The notes under the pieces: generated by a model | The model's input: the letters and a program-made list of their open reading frames with translations, nothing else | Told to the model about the DNA's origin: nothing | Database searches by the model: none | Origin: Sphyrna mokarran | Taxonomy: Eukaryota | NCBI GenBank assembly: GCA_024679065.1 | Contig: JAGIQG010000016.1 | Coordinates: 39,246,001 to 39,310,000 of the forward strand | Direction: 5' to 3' | Length of the DNA stretch: 64,000 nucleotides | Shown: in pieces, positions 11,495-24,330 of the stretch | How positions within the stretch are numbered: the first letter of the stretch is position 1 | How the letters are laid out: each line of letters begins with the position of its first letter | Translations under genes and position numbers: made by a program

Positions 11495-11669
11495 ATCAAA
11501 GATAGGATTATTGCTGCTCTTTGATGCAAGGGCTGACAGATTGTTGATTTGCTCTATGTTTTTAACAATCAATGTGCATCCTTACTGATTGGCAAGGTTG
11601 GTATATTTCCAGGAATCCTCAAAACAAAATCAGATGATGCTCATCATTTGAATGACTCATTAAGTGGGT

Positions 11670-12920
11670 TTTTTTTTCAGTACGGCACAGTACATGCCCT
11701 TTGGCCCTCGATGTTGTGCCAAGCTATGTCCAAACCCAAGATCAAGCTATCTCACTCCCTATCATTCTGGTGTGCTCCATGTGCCTATCCAATAACCGCT
11801 TGAAGGTTTCTAAGGTGTCTGACTCCGCTATAACAGCAGGCAGTGCATACCGCACCCCAACCACTCTCTGAGTGAAGAATCTACCTAGGACATCCCTCCT
11901 ATACCTTCCACCATGAATCTTATAGTTATGCTCCCTACTAACAGCTATATCCACCCGAGGAAATAGTTTCTGCAAGTCCACTCTATCTATCCCCCTCATC
12001 ATCTTATAAACTTCTGTTAAGTCACCTCTCATCGTCCTCCGCTCTAATGAGAAAAGCCCTAGCTCTCTCAAGCTTTCTGCATAAGACCTACCCTCCAAAC
12101 CAGGCAACATCCTGGTAAATCTCCTCTGCACTCTCTCCAATGCTTCCACATACTTCTTAGAGTGAGGTGACCAGAACTGCACATAATATTCCAAATATGG
12201 CCTCACTGAGGTCCAGCATAGTTGCAGCATAACCCCATGGCTCTTAAACTCAAACCCCCCTGTTAATAAATGCTAACACTGAAAGCTTTCTTTAAGGCTT
12301 TATCCACTTGAGTGGCAGCCTTCAGAGATCTGTGGATATGAACTTCAAGATCTCTCTATTTCTCCACATTCCTCAGAATACTGCCATTGACCCTGTATTC
12401 CACATTCAACTTTGTCCTACCAAAATGAATTACCTCGCATTTATCGGGGTTAAAATCCATCTGTCACTTTTCAGCCCAGCTCTCTGTCCTATCATTGTCT
12501 CTTTGCAGCCTGCAAGAGCCCTCCACCTCATCCACTACACCGCTAATCTTAGCGTCATCAGCAAATTAATTAACCCATCCTTCAGCCCCCACTTCTAAGT
12601 CATTGATAAAAATCACAAATAGCAGAGGACCCAGCACTGATCCCTGTGGTGCACTGCTGGTAACTGGCCTCCAGTCTGAAAATTTTCTCTCCACCACTAC
12701 CCTTTGTCTTTTATAAGACAGCAAGTTACTTATGCAATTGGCCAAATTTCCTTCTATCCCACACCTCCTTACCTTCTTCATGAGCCTACCATTGGCAACC
12801 TTATCAAATGCCTTACTAAAATCCATGTATATGACATCAACTGCTCCATTTTTGTCTACACATTTGGTTACCTCCTCAAATAATTCAATTACCTCCTCAA
12901 AGAATTCAATCAAATTTTCT
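11670..12920 (-). mobile_element. CR1 LINE, 5'-truncated (RT domain plus 3' end)
   Basis: ORFs 12566-12979 ([25 protein letters not shown]) and 11742-12230 (RPYLEYYVQFWSP..LERVQRRFTRMLPGL); A-rich 3' end near 11670. Confidence 0.95.
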
Positions 12921-13723
12921 GACCCAAGAGTGGAAAACCCACCCAAGGTTAATGGATCTTTGCATGGTCTGTCCCTCACCCACTACGAAATCATGAAATT
13001 CCCCTCACTATCTTTCATGGAATTGTCTTCAACCTCTTATTTAGAACTAATGGAAACTCACCTGCTAGAAGCTGAGGAAGTTCATGCAATCAGCAGCAAA
13101 CTTCATTATTTTACCGACACACCATCCATTAGACTCCAGATGGAAACGAACGTTCTTCATGAAGTAAGGTCAGAAGTGATGGATATAGAAGGCACTGCAT
13201 TAGATGGTAACCATCCCATGAAGATCTGCTGGCCCTGAATTGGTTTCTCCTAGAAAGTGATGGGGAATAATGGCTTGCAGCACTGAGTGATCTGTTGAAA
13301 TTGAGGCCCCTGAGAGTGATTTGTCTTTCCAGTTCATGGATACACCAGATGAAGTCTGCTGTTTTTTTAGGAGACTTAGCTATGTTTTTAAGTGGCTGAG
13401 CAGCATTCAAATCTTTGTTCCATTGAACAAACCAATATATTGCTTAATCTATCTCCTAATGTCATCAAATGACTTCAATAGAAACTACCTTGCCTGACAC
13501 CATGTCAGAGTCCATAGAGGATCACCTTGCTAAAGAGCTGAAAGTCTCCTTCCATCCAGAGCTAGAGGTTAGCACAGAAACTAGCAGAATCAATAGCACT
13601 GCTGGAGTTGCAGAATCCTGTACAGTGATCTTGTTCCTTACAATTAGCTACAGGAGATTTGTCTCCCTACAGAAGACGAGACTATCTTGTCTCCATACCC
13701 TCAACAATTGTTTCCATTCCTTT

Positions 13724-14058
13724 GGGTGGTATGGTGGCACAGCAATTAGCACTACTGCCTTACAGTGTCAGGGACCCAGGTTTGACTTCCGGCTTGGGTC
13801 ATCGTCTGTGTGGAGGTTGCACATTCTCCCCGTGTCTGCGTGGATTTCTCCAGGTGCTCCGGTTTCCTCCCACAGTGCAAAGATGTGCAGATTAGGTTGA
13901 TTGGCTGTACTAAATTATCAGGATTTCAGGATGACTTAGTGTCAGGAGGGCTAGCTAGGGTAAATGCATAAGGTTATGGAGATAGAACATGGGATTGTGG
14001 TTGGTGCAGACTCAATGGGTCCAATCACCTTCTACGCTATGGGCTTCTCTGATTCCAT
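13724..14058 (+). mobile_element. HE1-type V-SINE
   Basis: GGTGGCACAGCAATTAGCACTACTGCC head; TTCTCCCCGTGTCTGCGTGG..CCGGTTTCCTCCCACAGT V domain; CR1-like tail. Confidence 0.92.
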
Positions 14059-14649
14059 TGCCCTCAGTGCAACAACATCATACAGAGAGAAATGTTGCTC
14101 TCTTATCATCCCAACAGGAAGTAGACAGTCCTCTGAAATATCATTGCAATATCATTACTTCTCTTTTCCTCACAGTCTGACAGTATTTTGTTGCTCTTTC
14201 CTTTGTTGTCTATGTTCACGGGAATCTCAGACCTTCAATCCATTTTCATCTTCAGCAATAGATGACATAGCTGTGACAGTCTTCCCTGGAGCTGATGATC
14301 ATTCCTCATAGTTCCAGGGTGTCCAGAGGCCAATGTTCTTCAATCCTGTATCTTGGATTTCTTTTATTGAGAAGTCTTAATTATCCTTATTGTTAAGTCA
14401 CCCTGAAACCTACACTTTGCTTCCCAGCAATGCTGATAAAGTATTGTTCCTATTCTGCAGATGCCCTTCCAAATGCAGAACTAAGCCTTCATGCCTCCAC
14501 GGTTTCTGCCTAATGGTTGACAATACTGTGGGACATTGAATCCCCAGGAATGTGACTTGGGGAGGAGAGGAGCAGAGGTTGAAATTGAGTGGAATCTCTG
14601 GTTGTAAAAAAAGGAGTTTGGGAAATTCAATGTAAGTAGTTAAAGACAA

Positions 14650-16000
14650 AGAGTGGAATTTTCCATTCTGGACGCTGAGTATGGTGGTGGGTGGAAATGT
14701 TGGCATGATTCCTGCTGGGCGGCAGCAAAGAATTTTGCACTCGTTTTTTCATTTTTTAGTTAATTAATTATTCATCAATGAGGAACTTGTTGAATTTTGT
14801 GGTGGTGTCGGCAGGAATTCATCTGTCCCTCTATTACCTCATGTGGTCAGAGTTCTTGGCATTATATTTAAACACTGTGAGACATTCACCACAGCAAACC
14901 AGGTGTGTTGTGAACTTCTACATTACCATGATGCCAAATGAAACAAACCTTCAGCTCTATGGTTCAACAAGGTCTCCCTGGGGATTCTCTTGAGCTGCCC
15001 AGGAAGTGGGAGAAGCCCTTTCCTCAGCATGAGAGCAGGAGGTCTTTTTAATTGACCAAGATAGCCTGGAAGGAGGTCGGCACTACAGTAGTACACAATA
15101 AAGGATGGCACTGCAGTGCAGAAGAAGAATGATCTGATGTACTCCATTAGGATAAGTGAAACTTCTACACACTCCAAACTCAGACCCTCAGAAGGGCATC
15201 AGGCAGTCTAAAGATTAGAGTCCATAGGGATGTCACACGTTACCAGCAGATGGGACATCATTGCTGAATGTCTGCCTGTTACTTTAAAATCATTATTTCA
15301 TGTAAGATCCTGCACAAACAGCAATTTAATCCCTTACTAGAGAAGACTGAGCACACCCAACAAGCATGCGTGCCTCTGAAATGCTCTTGAATTCTTGAAT
15401 CCATAGTGCTCACAGGCTACCAACTGCTTTTCAGCAGTACAAGATAGCTCACAATCAACAGGAAAGAGCAAAGACCAGAGGTAGTATCCCTTAGCTTAAA
15501 ACATTGCCTTCCCACGAGGAACATGACAGATATTGTTTCTGTGTGGAAAATGTGAGTAACTTTCCCCAACAAGTCAGCAAATGTCCATCCAGTATTCATT
15601 GACCATACATGGACAATGACTGTGGGTGACCAACGATGTAACAGTCCACCTATTCAATCACTAATTATACTTTCTCTTTATTCTAACCAGCAGCAAGAAT
15701 AGGCAGAGGAAAATGCCAAGCAAGGGCCTCAGCCCCAACCCCAGGGCACCTAAAATGAGGAGCAGAAGAAGCATTTACAGAAGACCCTGAGAATCGGTCC
15801 TGAAAGAAAGATTGGAGGTACAAGACAGGCATAAAAACATCAAGCAGAGTTGTCAGAGGCCAGCACCAGACTGCAACCATGGATGGAGGAATCTGTCCAT
15901 ATTCTCTCAGATGTTGTGGCTCCGGCATGCAAGTACATCAAAGTATGATGTACTTGAATATGACCACATTCTGTCTACTCACCAAGTCACACGTCTCAAG
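14650..16000 (+). mobile_element. Decayed PIF/Harbinger-related element with Myb/SANT-like remnant
   Basis: 15060-15160 reads IAWKEVG..MALQCRRR/NDLMYSIR followed by a donor-like ATAAGT; MITE-like GC-rich left end; right boundary uncertain. Confidence 0.5.
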
Positions 16001-17529
16001 TTCAAGGTAGAATAATCATCTCATAATAATGAATTGTTAGGAGAGATGATGTTATCATACTTCTAACTATATTTTCTTATGCTTCCAGTTGCTATCCAGA
16101 TAAACCTCATGAAATATGTCTTCACAACAGCACTCAGGCTGAACCTTGTTGTTCTAGAGTGCAACAGTCGAGGTAAAATTAGTTGTCAGTAATGATAAAA
16201 GCATTGGCACGTTGTTTTCTACATTGTAATATTTTGTTCTCAACTGAGGTTAATTTTAATCAGGTGATTGTTACTCTGTTCCCAACTGGTGTCTTTTGCT
16301 GTTTGATGACTTTTAATTCGGCCTAGGTTACTGCTATAGACATGCCATTGCCTAACTGAAGTGCACAACCCATGGCTTGATAATGTTATCAGTGCACAAT
16401 GCTACTTTATCTGGAACTTGGATGCTTAGTGGTAAGCCAACTAGACAAACACAAGTGACCACATACGAACAATAGTGATTTATTTTTTTTTAGGAGGATT
16501 TCTTGAAGGCTGTGAGCAGTCCCATGAGCCCCAGATGGAATGAATTCCTGCTCCTGCCTTCCATTCCCCTTCCCATATCTGCACATGTATACCAAAAACC
16601 ATGCAGTGCCAATGGTCTCTGACAACTGCCCCAATTCTTGCTTTGGCTGACCTGCCTTGATGTTATTTTTCCCAACAGATGCAATATTAAAATACTGTTG
16701 TGGATTGGGCTTCTCTTGCTTTCCAGCCTCCCAGTACATCATCTACTCTAGAATCAAATCACATCAATCCACCAATGTTCGAATTAGTCCTATTAATTTC
16801 AATGGACAAAAATTTGGGCTGGGTGTAAAATGAATACAGTTGATTTGCCATCAACTATCTTACTCTGTGAAGACCGGTTAGATAGCTATACACTCAACAA
16901 AAATTCATTCAGCCCTTGTCAGATATCTTTCTATATTTCTATATTTTTAGTTAATTTTTTAAAGTTATTTTTGCCTTTTGCAGACAGTATACTTACTACG
17001 ACTGTTACTTTCCAAAGATTTATTTTTCCCCTTAGGTCTTAGAAAGTCCAGGTATGATTCATTTCTTTCTCTTCTTCTTCCACTGCTAAAAATCAAGACC
17101 TGAATGCTTTTTAAATTGTGCTTATGAGGTGCACAAGGAGTTTTCTGAGGAGAATTCATAACAAAACTGACAGGAATTTGGCCATTTCCAATTAATTCAT
17201 AGATACATGAAATGTTCCCAATTTAAATTAGGCCTTTCTTCATTCTTTCATGGAACATTGGCATTGCTTGCTCAGCCAACATTTATGGTCCATCACCAAT
17301 AACATCTGAAAAGGTAATGGTGATCTGCCTTCTTGAATCACTGCAGGCCATTTGTTGTAAGTGCACATACAGTGCTGTAGGAAGCAGTTTTCAGTGGTAC
17401 CGGGAGCTTGTTTTGATATCTTGTTTTATAATCTTGAATAAGTGCAACTCCTATACTATTTAATGTCCCAAAAACACAAACATTATATATTTTTCTTATA
17501 TATTTATTATATATTTTTGCACAATAATG

Positions 17530-18160
17530 AAACTGAACATTCTTTATGCAACCAATGAGATCAACATCCTAGGGGTTACCATTAAGCAGAAATTGAACTG
17601 GATTAGTCATATAAATACTGTGGGTACAAGTGCAGGTAAAAGGCCAGGAATCTTTCTGTGAGTAACTCACCTCTTGACTCCCTAAAGCCAGCTACAAGGT
17701 GCAAGTCAGGAGCATGATGGAATACTCTCCAATTGCCTGTATGAGCGCAGCACTCAAGAAGCTTGACACCATCAGGACAAGGCAGCCATTTGACTAGTAC
17801 CCCATCCACAACCATTCAATCTCTTCACCACCGATGAACTGTGACAGTAATGTGTACCACGACCAGATGCCCCACATCACCAAGGTTCCAAACCCATGAC
17901 CACCACCATCCAGAAGGACAAGAACAGCAGATATCTTGGAACACCACCACCTGGAGGTTTCCCTGCAAGCCATCATCGCCATTCCTTCACTGTCACTGGG
18001 TCAAAATCCTGGAATTTTCTAACAGCAATGTGGATGTACCTACACCTCAGAGATATCAGCGACTCAAGGAGCAGCTCACCACCTTCTCAAAGGCAATTAG
18101 GGATGGATAACAAATACTGGTCTAGCCAGCAATGTCAACCTCCTGTAAATAAACAAAGAA
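17530..18160 (+). mobile_element. CR1-like LINE 3' fragment (tRNA-headed family)
   Basis: NILGVTI..YKVQVRSMMEYSPIACMSAA remnants; tail CAATTAGGGATGG..ACAAATACTGG. Confidence 0.75.
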
Positions 18161-18384
18161 AAATCTGTCTTCAAATGAATGAAAATTTTCTAGCATTGCA
18201 GTCCCTTGGTAAAAACTTGTTCATTTTTTAAATTTAGATTTTGTCAACATAATACAGCAGGAGGAAGGGTTAGTACAAATAATTGTTCTCAGGATGTGAG
18301 AATCACTGGCAGGGCTGCATTTATTGTCGATCTCTAGTTGCCCTGAGAAGCTAAAGGTGGGCTTTTTCCTCAAGTCCCTGAAAT

Positions 18385-19160
18385 CAAAGAACAAAGAACA
18401 AAAAAACTACAGCGCCAGAATAGATCCTTAGACTTTCTGACCATGCTGCCCAACTTAACTAAAATCCCCTACCTTTCCAGGGACCATAATCCTCTATTCC
18501 CATTCTATTCATGTACTTAACAAGATGCCCCTTAAAAGTCACCATCATATCTGCTTCCGCTATCTCCCCCGGCAACGAGTTCCAGACACCCACTACTCTC
18601 TGTACCTTGTACATCTCCTTCAAATCTTGCCCCTTGCACCTTAAATCTATGCACCCTAGCAATTGACTCCTTCACCCTGGGAAAAAGCTTCTGACTATCC
18701 GCTCTGTCCTTGCCTCTCATAACCTTCTATCAGGTCTCCCCTTAGCCTCCGTTGCTCCAGTGAGAACAAATCAAGTTTCTCCAACTTCTCTTTGTAACTA
18801 ATGTCCTCCACACCAGGCAACATCCTGGTAAATCTTTTCTGTACCCTCTCCAAAACCTCCACATCCTTCTGTTAGCGTGGCAACCAGAATTGAACACTAT
18901 ATTCCAAATGCAGCCTAACTAAGGTTCTATAAAGCTTCAACATGACTTGCCAATTTTTAAACTCAAAACCCTGGCCAATGAAGGCAAGCATGCCATATAC
19001 CTTCTTGATACCTTCTGCACCTGCAATGCCACTTTCAGTAACCTGTGTACCTGTACATCCAAATCCCTTTGCCTATCAATACTTGTAAGGGTTCAGCCAC
19101 TTACTGTTTATTTCCTATCTGTATTAGATCTTCTAAAATGCATTATCTCACATGTGTGTT
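18385..19160 (-). mobile_element. CR1 LINE 3' fragment
   Basis: AAGAACA repeats at the 3' end; RVVGVWNSLPG and QKLFPRV remnants on the minus strand. Confidence 0.9.
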
Positions 19161-19443
19161 TTACCTCACAATCCTCGTGCTGATATTCCCACAATACCCT
19201 CAGATAAACAATTCTAGGATTTTGATTTAGTGATCATAAAGGAATGACGATAAACATCAAATCAAGTTGGTATGTGATTGAGATGGAAGCTTGGAGGTAA
19301 TAAACTTGCTGCTGAATCACATTAGTTATATTTCATCATTAATGATAAAACAGAAAATAAACTTTTCTACAAATTGCAGACAATGCGAATATCAGCATTG
19401 TCATATATGAACAAGTTATGGATGTGAATATATTCAGTTATAT

Positions 19444-19573
19444 AGGCTGAAATTTTACCGACATGCCCGCCCCAATTTGGGGAGGGCAGACAAGGCTTGG
19501 ATAATGGCATTTTCCATTGACTTTGGGTGGGACTGTATGAACCTCGGGTGGACGTGCCAGTAAAATTCTGCCC
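19444..19573. mobile_element. ~130-bp MITE
   Basis: TIRs GGCTGAAATTTTAC / GTAAAATTCTGCCC; internal similarity to 62129-62234. Confidence 0.8.
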
Positions 19574-20659
19574 GTAGTGTACATTTATATAATAAATAAT
19601 GGAAAGGAAAATCAGTCCTTTGCCAAATTGCTATTTATTGATTTAAACAAACATATGCTAAATAAGGTGCCATATAGAATTAATAGAATCTTCTGATATT
19701 AAAGGCTGGATGGTCATTTTATGAATATGTACTTTTTTAAAAAGTATTTTCTAATTTGAAATACATTTGCTGTATATGGTTTTAGTACATGCTTTCTGGT
19801 GAAATGTATCTTGGATGCAATATTTTGAAGTAAAAGATCCAGACTAGTCCCGTCAAGCACTTGGCTACCATGCCAAAACATCTGTTTTTTTCCATAGATA
19901 CTCCTTGGGAAAACATGCAATCACGTCATTAGCTGTTGCCTGCCTATGAGTGCTTGTTAAATATTATTGCTTGTGGTTTTGGTGAGTAATATGTTACAGT
20001 AACTATTGTTTGAACTGCTTCTGTATTTACTGGTATCCATACATAGTTGATATCACGAGTGCAAGTTTTACATCACTGAATTCCTAATACTTAATCTCAA
20101 GTGGGCAGATGGGAGTCATCAGCCAATTATTTCCCCTACAAAGTCTTATTTTGTTAGCTTGTGAGTTTAGTGGAATTGGCCTTTCATCAGGAGAGAAAAC
20201 ATGAAATAAATAACCAGATCATTTGTTTTAAGCGTGAGTTAGAGAATAAATGTTGACCTGATCAATGGGAAAACCTCTATTTAAATACTTTTAGGGGCTC
20301 TCTTATGCCCTACCTGAAAGATAACTCCTCTGACAGTGTAATTAACAATTATTGTTGGCCTTAGTTATGTGTTAAAGTCTTGGGAGCGACCAATCTAATT
20401 GGTCAACAACTCTCCAAAGCAGGACTTCCATCAAATGCAGACCGTACCCCCTTCCCTCCCTTAAGGAAGTCCCTATCCTTCCTTTCCCAGAGCCCCTGGT
20501 ACTTACCTGGAGTGCAGGGACTTACACTCAGTATCTCTTCCAGCCACTGCAGCACTGTACTTTATGGGGCTGGAGAGCTGTTGGCCAATCTGATTGGTCA
20601 ACAACTCTTCAAAGTGGGACTTCCATCCAAGTGCAGACAGAAGTCCTGTCTGCTGTCAT

Positions 20660-21044
20660 TTTTTTTAATCATTCAGGGGATATGTGCATCACTGGCTGAT
20701 TCAACATCTGTTGTTCACTTCTAATTGCCCTTGAATTGAGTGATTTGCTCAACCATTTCAAAGGGCATTTAAGAGTCAGCCATATTGCTGTGGGTGTGGA
20801 TTTATATGTAGGCCTGACCAGGTAAAGATGGCATATTTCCTTCCCTAAAAGACAGTAGTGAATCAGATGGGTTCAACAATCAACATGGTTTCATGGTCTT
20901 CATTAGATTTGTAATTGCAATTTTTTTTATTAAATTCAAATTTCACCATTTGACATAGTGGGATTCGAACCTGAGTCCTCAGCACATCACCTTGGGTCTT
21001 TGGATTATTAATCCAGTGATAATACCACTATGTTACCACCTCCC
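20660..21044 (-). mobile_element. tRNA-derived SINE with LINE-5'UTR-like body and CR1-like tail
   Basis: Minus strand: A-box-like TAACATAGTGG, B box GGTTCGAATCC, body CCATCTGATTCACTA..TAGGGAAGGAAAT, tail GGGCAATTAG..AACAACAGATG..TGAATGATTAAAAAA. Confidence 0.85.
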
Positions 21045-22029
21045 AGTTGAGAGTAAAATGGCAGCAGGCTGGTCACAGTTGGTGACGATGCATTTCCTGC
21101 CAACTCTCAGGATGGCGGGCACCAAGCTCTCACAATCCTGAAATTCAACCCATTGAGTAGGAGTACCTCCACTGAGCTAAGACTCATTTAAATAATTTGC
21201 TTCAATCTATAGTCAAAATGAATGAATAAAGTGCTAATAATCTCCATAAACATTCTTCTCATTCAGGTTTTGAGTAAATACTAAGCATTATAAGGATGCG
21301 GCAAGTTTCCATAGTGTCATGAGGGGTGAGATGGGACTGTGAGGCAGGTCAATGTAATCAACTGACATATTTTTACCACACAGTTCACTGATTCCATTCA
21401 AAACTCTCTTTGTCTATCATGGAACTAAATTTTATGCTGGAAGCAGGGTACCTACCCCCCCCCAGTAAAAAGTTGGGTGAGAATACCCTAACTTTGGTTT
21501 GCCTTGAAGCCATTTATCAGCTGATCTGTTGTCCTAGGCTGGTAGTCTACAGTGAGGTGGGGCAGGGGGAGGTGTTGCGGGTTAGCAGGTAAAAAGAGCA
21601 GGAGGGGAGGGAAACCTCAGGGATGGGATGAACTCTCCAATGAAAGCAGGGAGGGCTTTAAAAGGAGGTATCCCCTTACCTGTTGTGAGTCTGAACAGTT
21701 AAAGCTGCTGGGCCATACACTTGATGTGGCATTTCAATGTGGGTAAAATCTCAGTGGCGGGGGAGGAATCTCTTGTGTTCTAGACCTCAATTGACCCAGG
21801 AGTGGGTGGGCACTGGGAATGTTGTCCAATTTTATACCACCTGCCTACATAGGGCCGTAAAATCCCAGCCATGATGTTTTTGTATAGAAATATTTTAAAG
21901 TTATTATTCTGTGTTTACCTTAAAGCACAATTGCTAGAACAGATAAGAAAAGGCCTCCAAAATTTTAATGATAATATTTCTTACCTGACTAATAGGGTGG
22001 AATATCCTGAACATGTGCTTTCCACTTCT

Positions 22030-22230
22030 CATTGCCCTGATGTCCTCAACCGATATGACTAGAACAAATGATCTATTTTTTATCACAATACTATTTTGAG
22101 AAGCTTGCTGTGTATGAGTTTATTGTTGTTATTCCTACATTGCAAGATTACACTGTAAGAGAAATCTATTGCCTGTAAGATACTTTGGGAAGTCTTGCTG
22201 TGATCTAAGGCACTATATAAATGTAAATCT
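22030..22230 (+). mobile_element. SacSINE1-like SINE 3' half
   Basis: CTTGCTGTGT..TTCCTACATTGCAA..CTTTGGGA..GGCACTATATAAATGTAAATCTTTCTTT. Confidence 0.75.
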
Positions 22231-23175
22231 TTCTTTTTATTTCTTTTCTTGGGCTGAGTGCCCCAAGACTTTACATGAGGCAGCCAGCCAGCGACTTACA
22301 AAATACTTCATGTGTGTGAGTGCTTGCAGTGCTCTGAGCTATACAGGGAATCATTTGTGCCAGAGGGTTGTCATGCCAATGTCTCAATGAAGAGTTTATG
22401 TAAATTCTGAGGTTAAATTTCTCGAGTTTAAACTGGCAGTAAGATACATTGTACACTGCTGTCATGTAGTAAAACATTACAGGGCAAGTGTTCACAATTG
22501 TAAACTTACTTTCTGCAAAATGATTGAGAAGCATAATCTAAGTCTTTAAACTAATGAGACTAAGTCAATGAATATTTAAGATAAACTGTTTTGATCTGAG
22601 CTGGCAAAAAAGAACGTATAGCTGGGGTATTATTAAAAATCTGAAATTTCTACACAGAGCAGCTCATCAGTTGTGTTCTCCCAGCATAACTTACATCCCT
22701 GTTTTCCTGAAAGTGGACATGTTAAGTACAATACATGGATTATGGAGAATTCGCTGTCTTGATGAGAGGGTTAGAGAACTTGTTTAATACTTTCTTTTAA
22801 GTTTTAGAATACATTTTCCTCACCCAAACATGACTGGCACATTCAAATCCCATAGTGAAGAAGTCACCTTCAAGGCAATGTTTCCTGAATTAATCCAGCT
22901 CAAATGTTGGAGTTTATAGCTACTAGGCCCTGTGCAAAGCTCTGAGCCACTGGTTAATAGTGCTGCCAATGTAGAAAGAAACTCTCAGCTAATTCTTTTT
23001 CTCCCATTGTGAAAAGGTTTTGGGTGCAACTTTCCAGCAGAGACAGCTCACCGTCCAGATGGGGATTGCTTCAGGGAGGAAAATATTGTACTGTTGTGGG
23101 GTATCTGCAGGATAAGCACACCAACTAACAAGTGAATGCATCTGTTAAAACTGCAGATATAAGCATTGAAAGTTG

Positions 23176-23367
23176 CCAGTATTCCAGAGGACTGCTGCTC
23201 TCCCTTTGAGAGAGAGAGCTGATTGGTCTTGATTAACTTGAGTGTCACCACACGTTGGATGAGGGGGCAAGGTTGAGGAGGCAGGACTTTCATGGAAGCA
23301 GCAGCTGGTATAGAAATTGAACCTCTGTTGACATTATGAACAAGCTGTTCAGCCAACTGAGCAAACC
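23176..23367 (-). mobile_element. tRNA-derived SINE (third family)
   Basis: Minus strand GGTTTGCTCAGTTGG (A box) and GGTTCAATT (B box); body GTGGTGACACTCAAGTTAATCA..CTCTCTCAAAGGGAGAGCAGC. Confidence 0.7.
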
Positions 23368-23924
23368 AAAAAGCATTACATACCAATGGATTATCGTTTG
23401 TGTGCCAATATTTACAGGTTATGATTGTAAGACCTGCATATTTGGTTTAGTGTTTGTACCAGCAATTAACTCTTGCTTTTCATGCAGCAAGCTTGGGCAA
23501 AAGCCTTATTATTTGGAATGTAATTTAAGATGAATTCACATGTGGTGGGTTCCTAGACGACACAGAATCGCAAACAATAAGGACCCATAACAAATTGTTT
23601 ATTCACTAACTTAGCAGCTACTTCACGCTTGTACTCTGCCCGTGCCCCCCGGAATTAACTCCTGCAATACCAAAACATGACCTCTTTTGAAGCCATGCCA
23701 TCATATTGTCACTCAGCCTCCATCTTCCTCATTTAGCTGAAACATCTGCTGGCATGAAATGTACAATGTGTGCCATCAGAAATCATGTACAGACTATTTT
23801 GTCATGCACAATTAAACAGGCTAAGAATACAAATCTATTTACAAATATATGAAGCATGAATTAAACTATTGCAGCTGGTACATAGTTCATTGCATCTCCT
23901 TTTTCACTTTTTGTTGCAGAAAGA

Positions 23925-24330
23925 TGAGATTCAAAAGCCAAACATGACAAGTAACACAGTCATCATCGAGCTCAAGAGACATTTTGTCAGCATCCTGCAG
24001 AGACTCATGACAGACAACACTTGCCCATTCATATTCACAGAATTTCATAACTTTATACACGCATGGGACTTTGAGCATATCATGAACAGTCCCTTCTATC
24101 CACAGTCAATCAATCTGGTGGAACTGGCAGTACTCTCAGCCAAGTATGTTCTAGAAAATTGTGCCCGAGATCATACAGGTTATTGTGCTGCACTACTACT
24201 CAGCCTGCAAAATCTAGCATAATCGGCCATACTTTTGTCAGTACAACCAAGACCACATTCCTACTGCTAAGGCTCTGTTGCAGCCAAAAATGAAACCAAT
24301 GTGAATGGTGTTCTTAGATCACATAGATTG
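23925..24330 (+). pseudogene. Gypsy integrase core, inverted relative to the rest of the element
   Basis: ORF 23869-24222: TSNTVIIELKRHF..RLMTDNTCPF..EF..WDFEHIMNSPFYPQSINLVELAV. Confidence 0.85.

Noticed and set aside
12732-13900. 168-aa and 143-aa plus-strand ORFs
   Set aside because: They span an antisense CR1, a MITE and a SINE; chance read-through
20385-20650. ~50-bp direct repeat (CCAATCT.ATTGGTCAACAACTC) 195 bp apart as mini-LTRs
   Set aside because: No TG..CA ends, PBS or TSD; similar motifs occur in other old MITE-like sequence (about 780, 38840, 40260)
20940-21044. A-box/B-box sequences as real tRNA genes (also the HE1 heads)
   Set aside because: No complete cloverleaf; they are SINE heads followed by SINE bodies
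21900-22030. Possible host exon (AG..AQLLEQIRKGLQNFND..)
   Set aside because: No convincing donor site, no recognisable protein family and no companion exons
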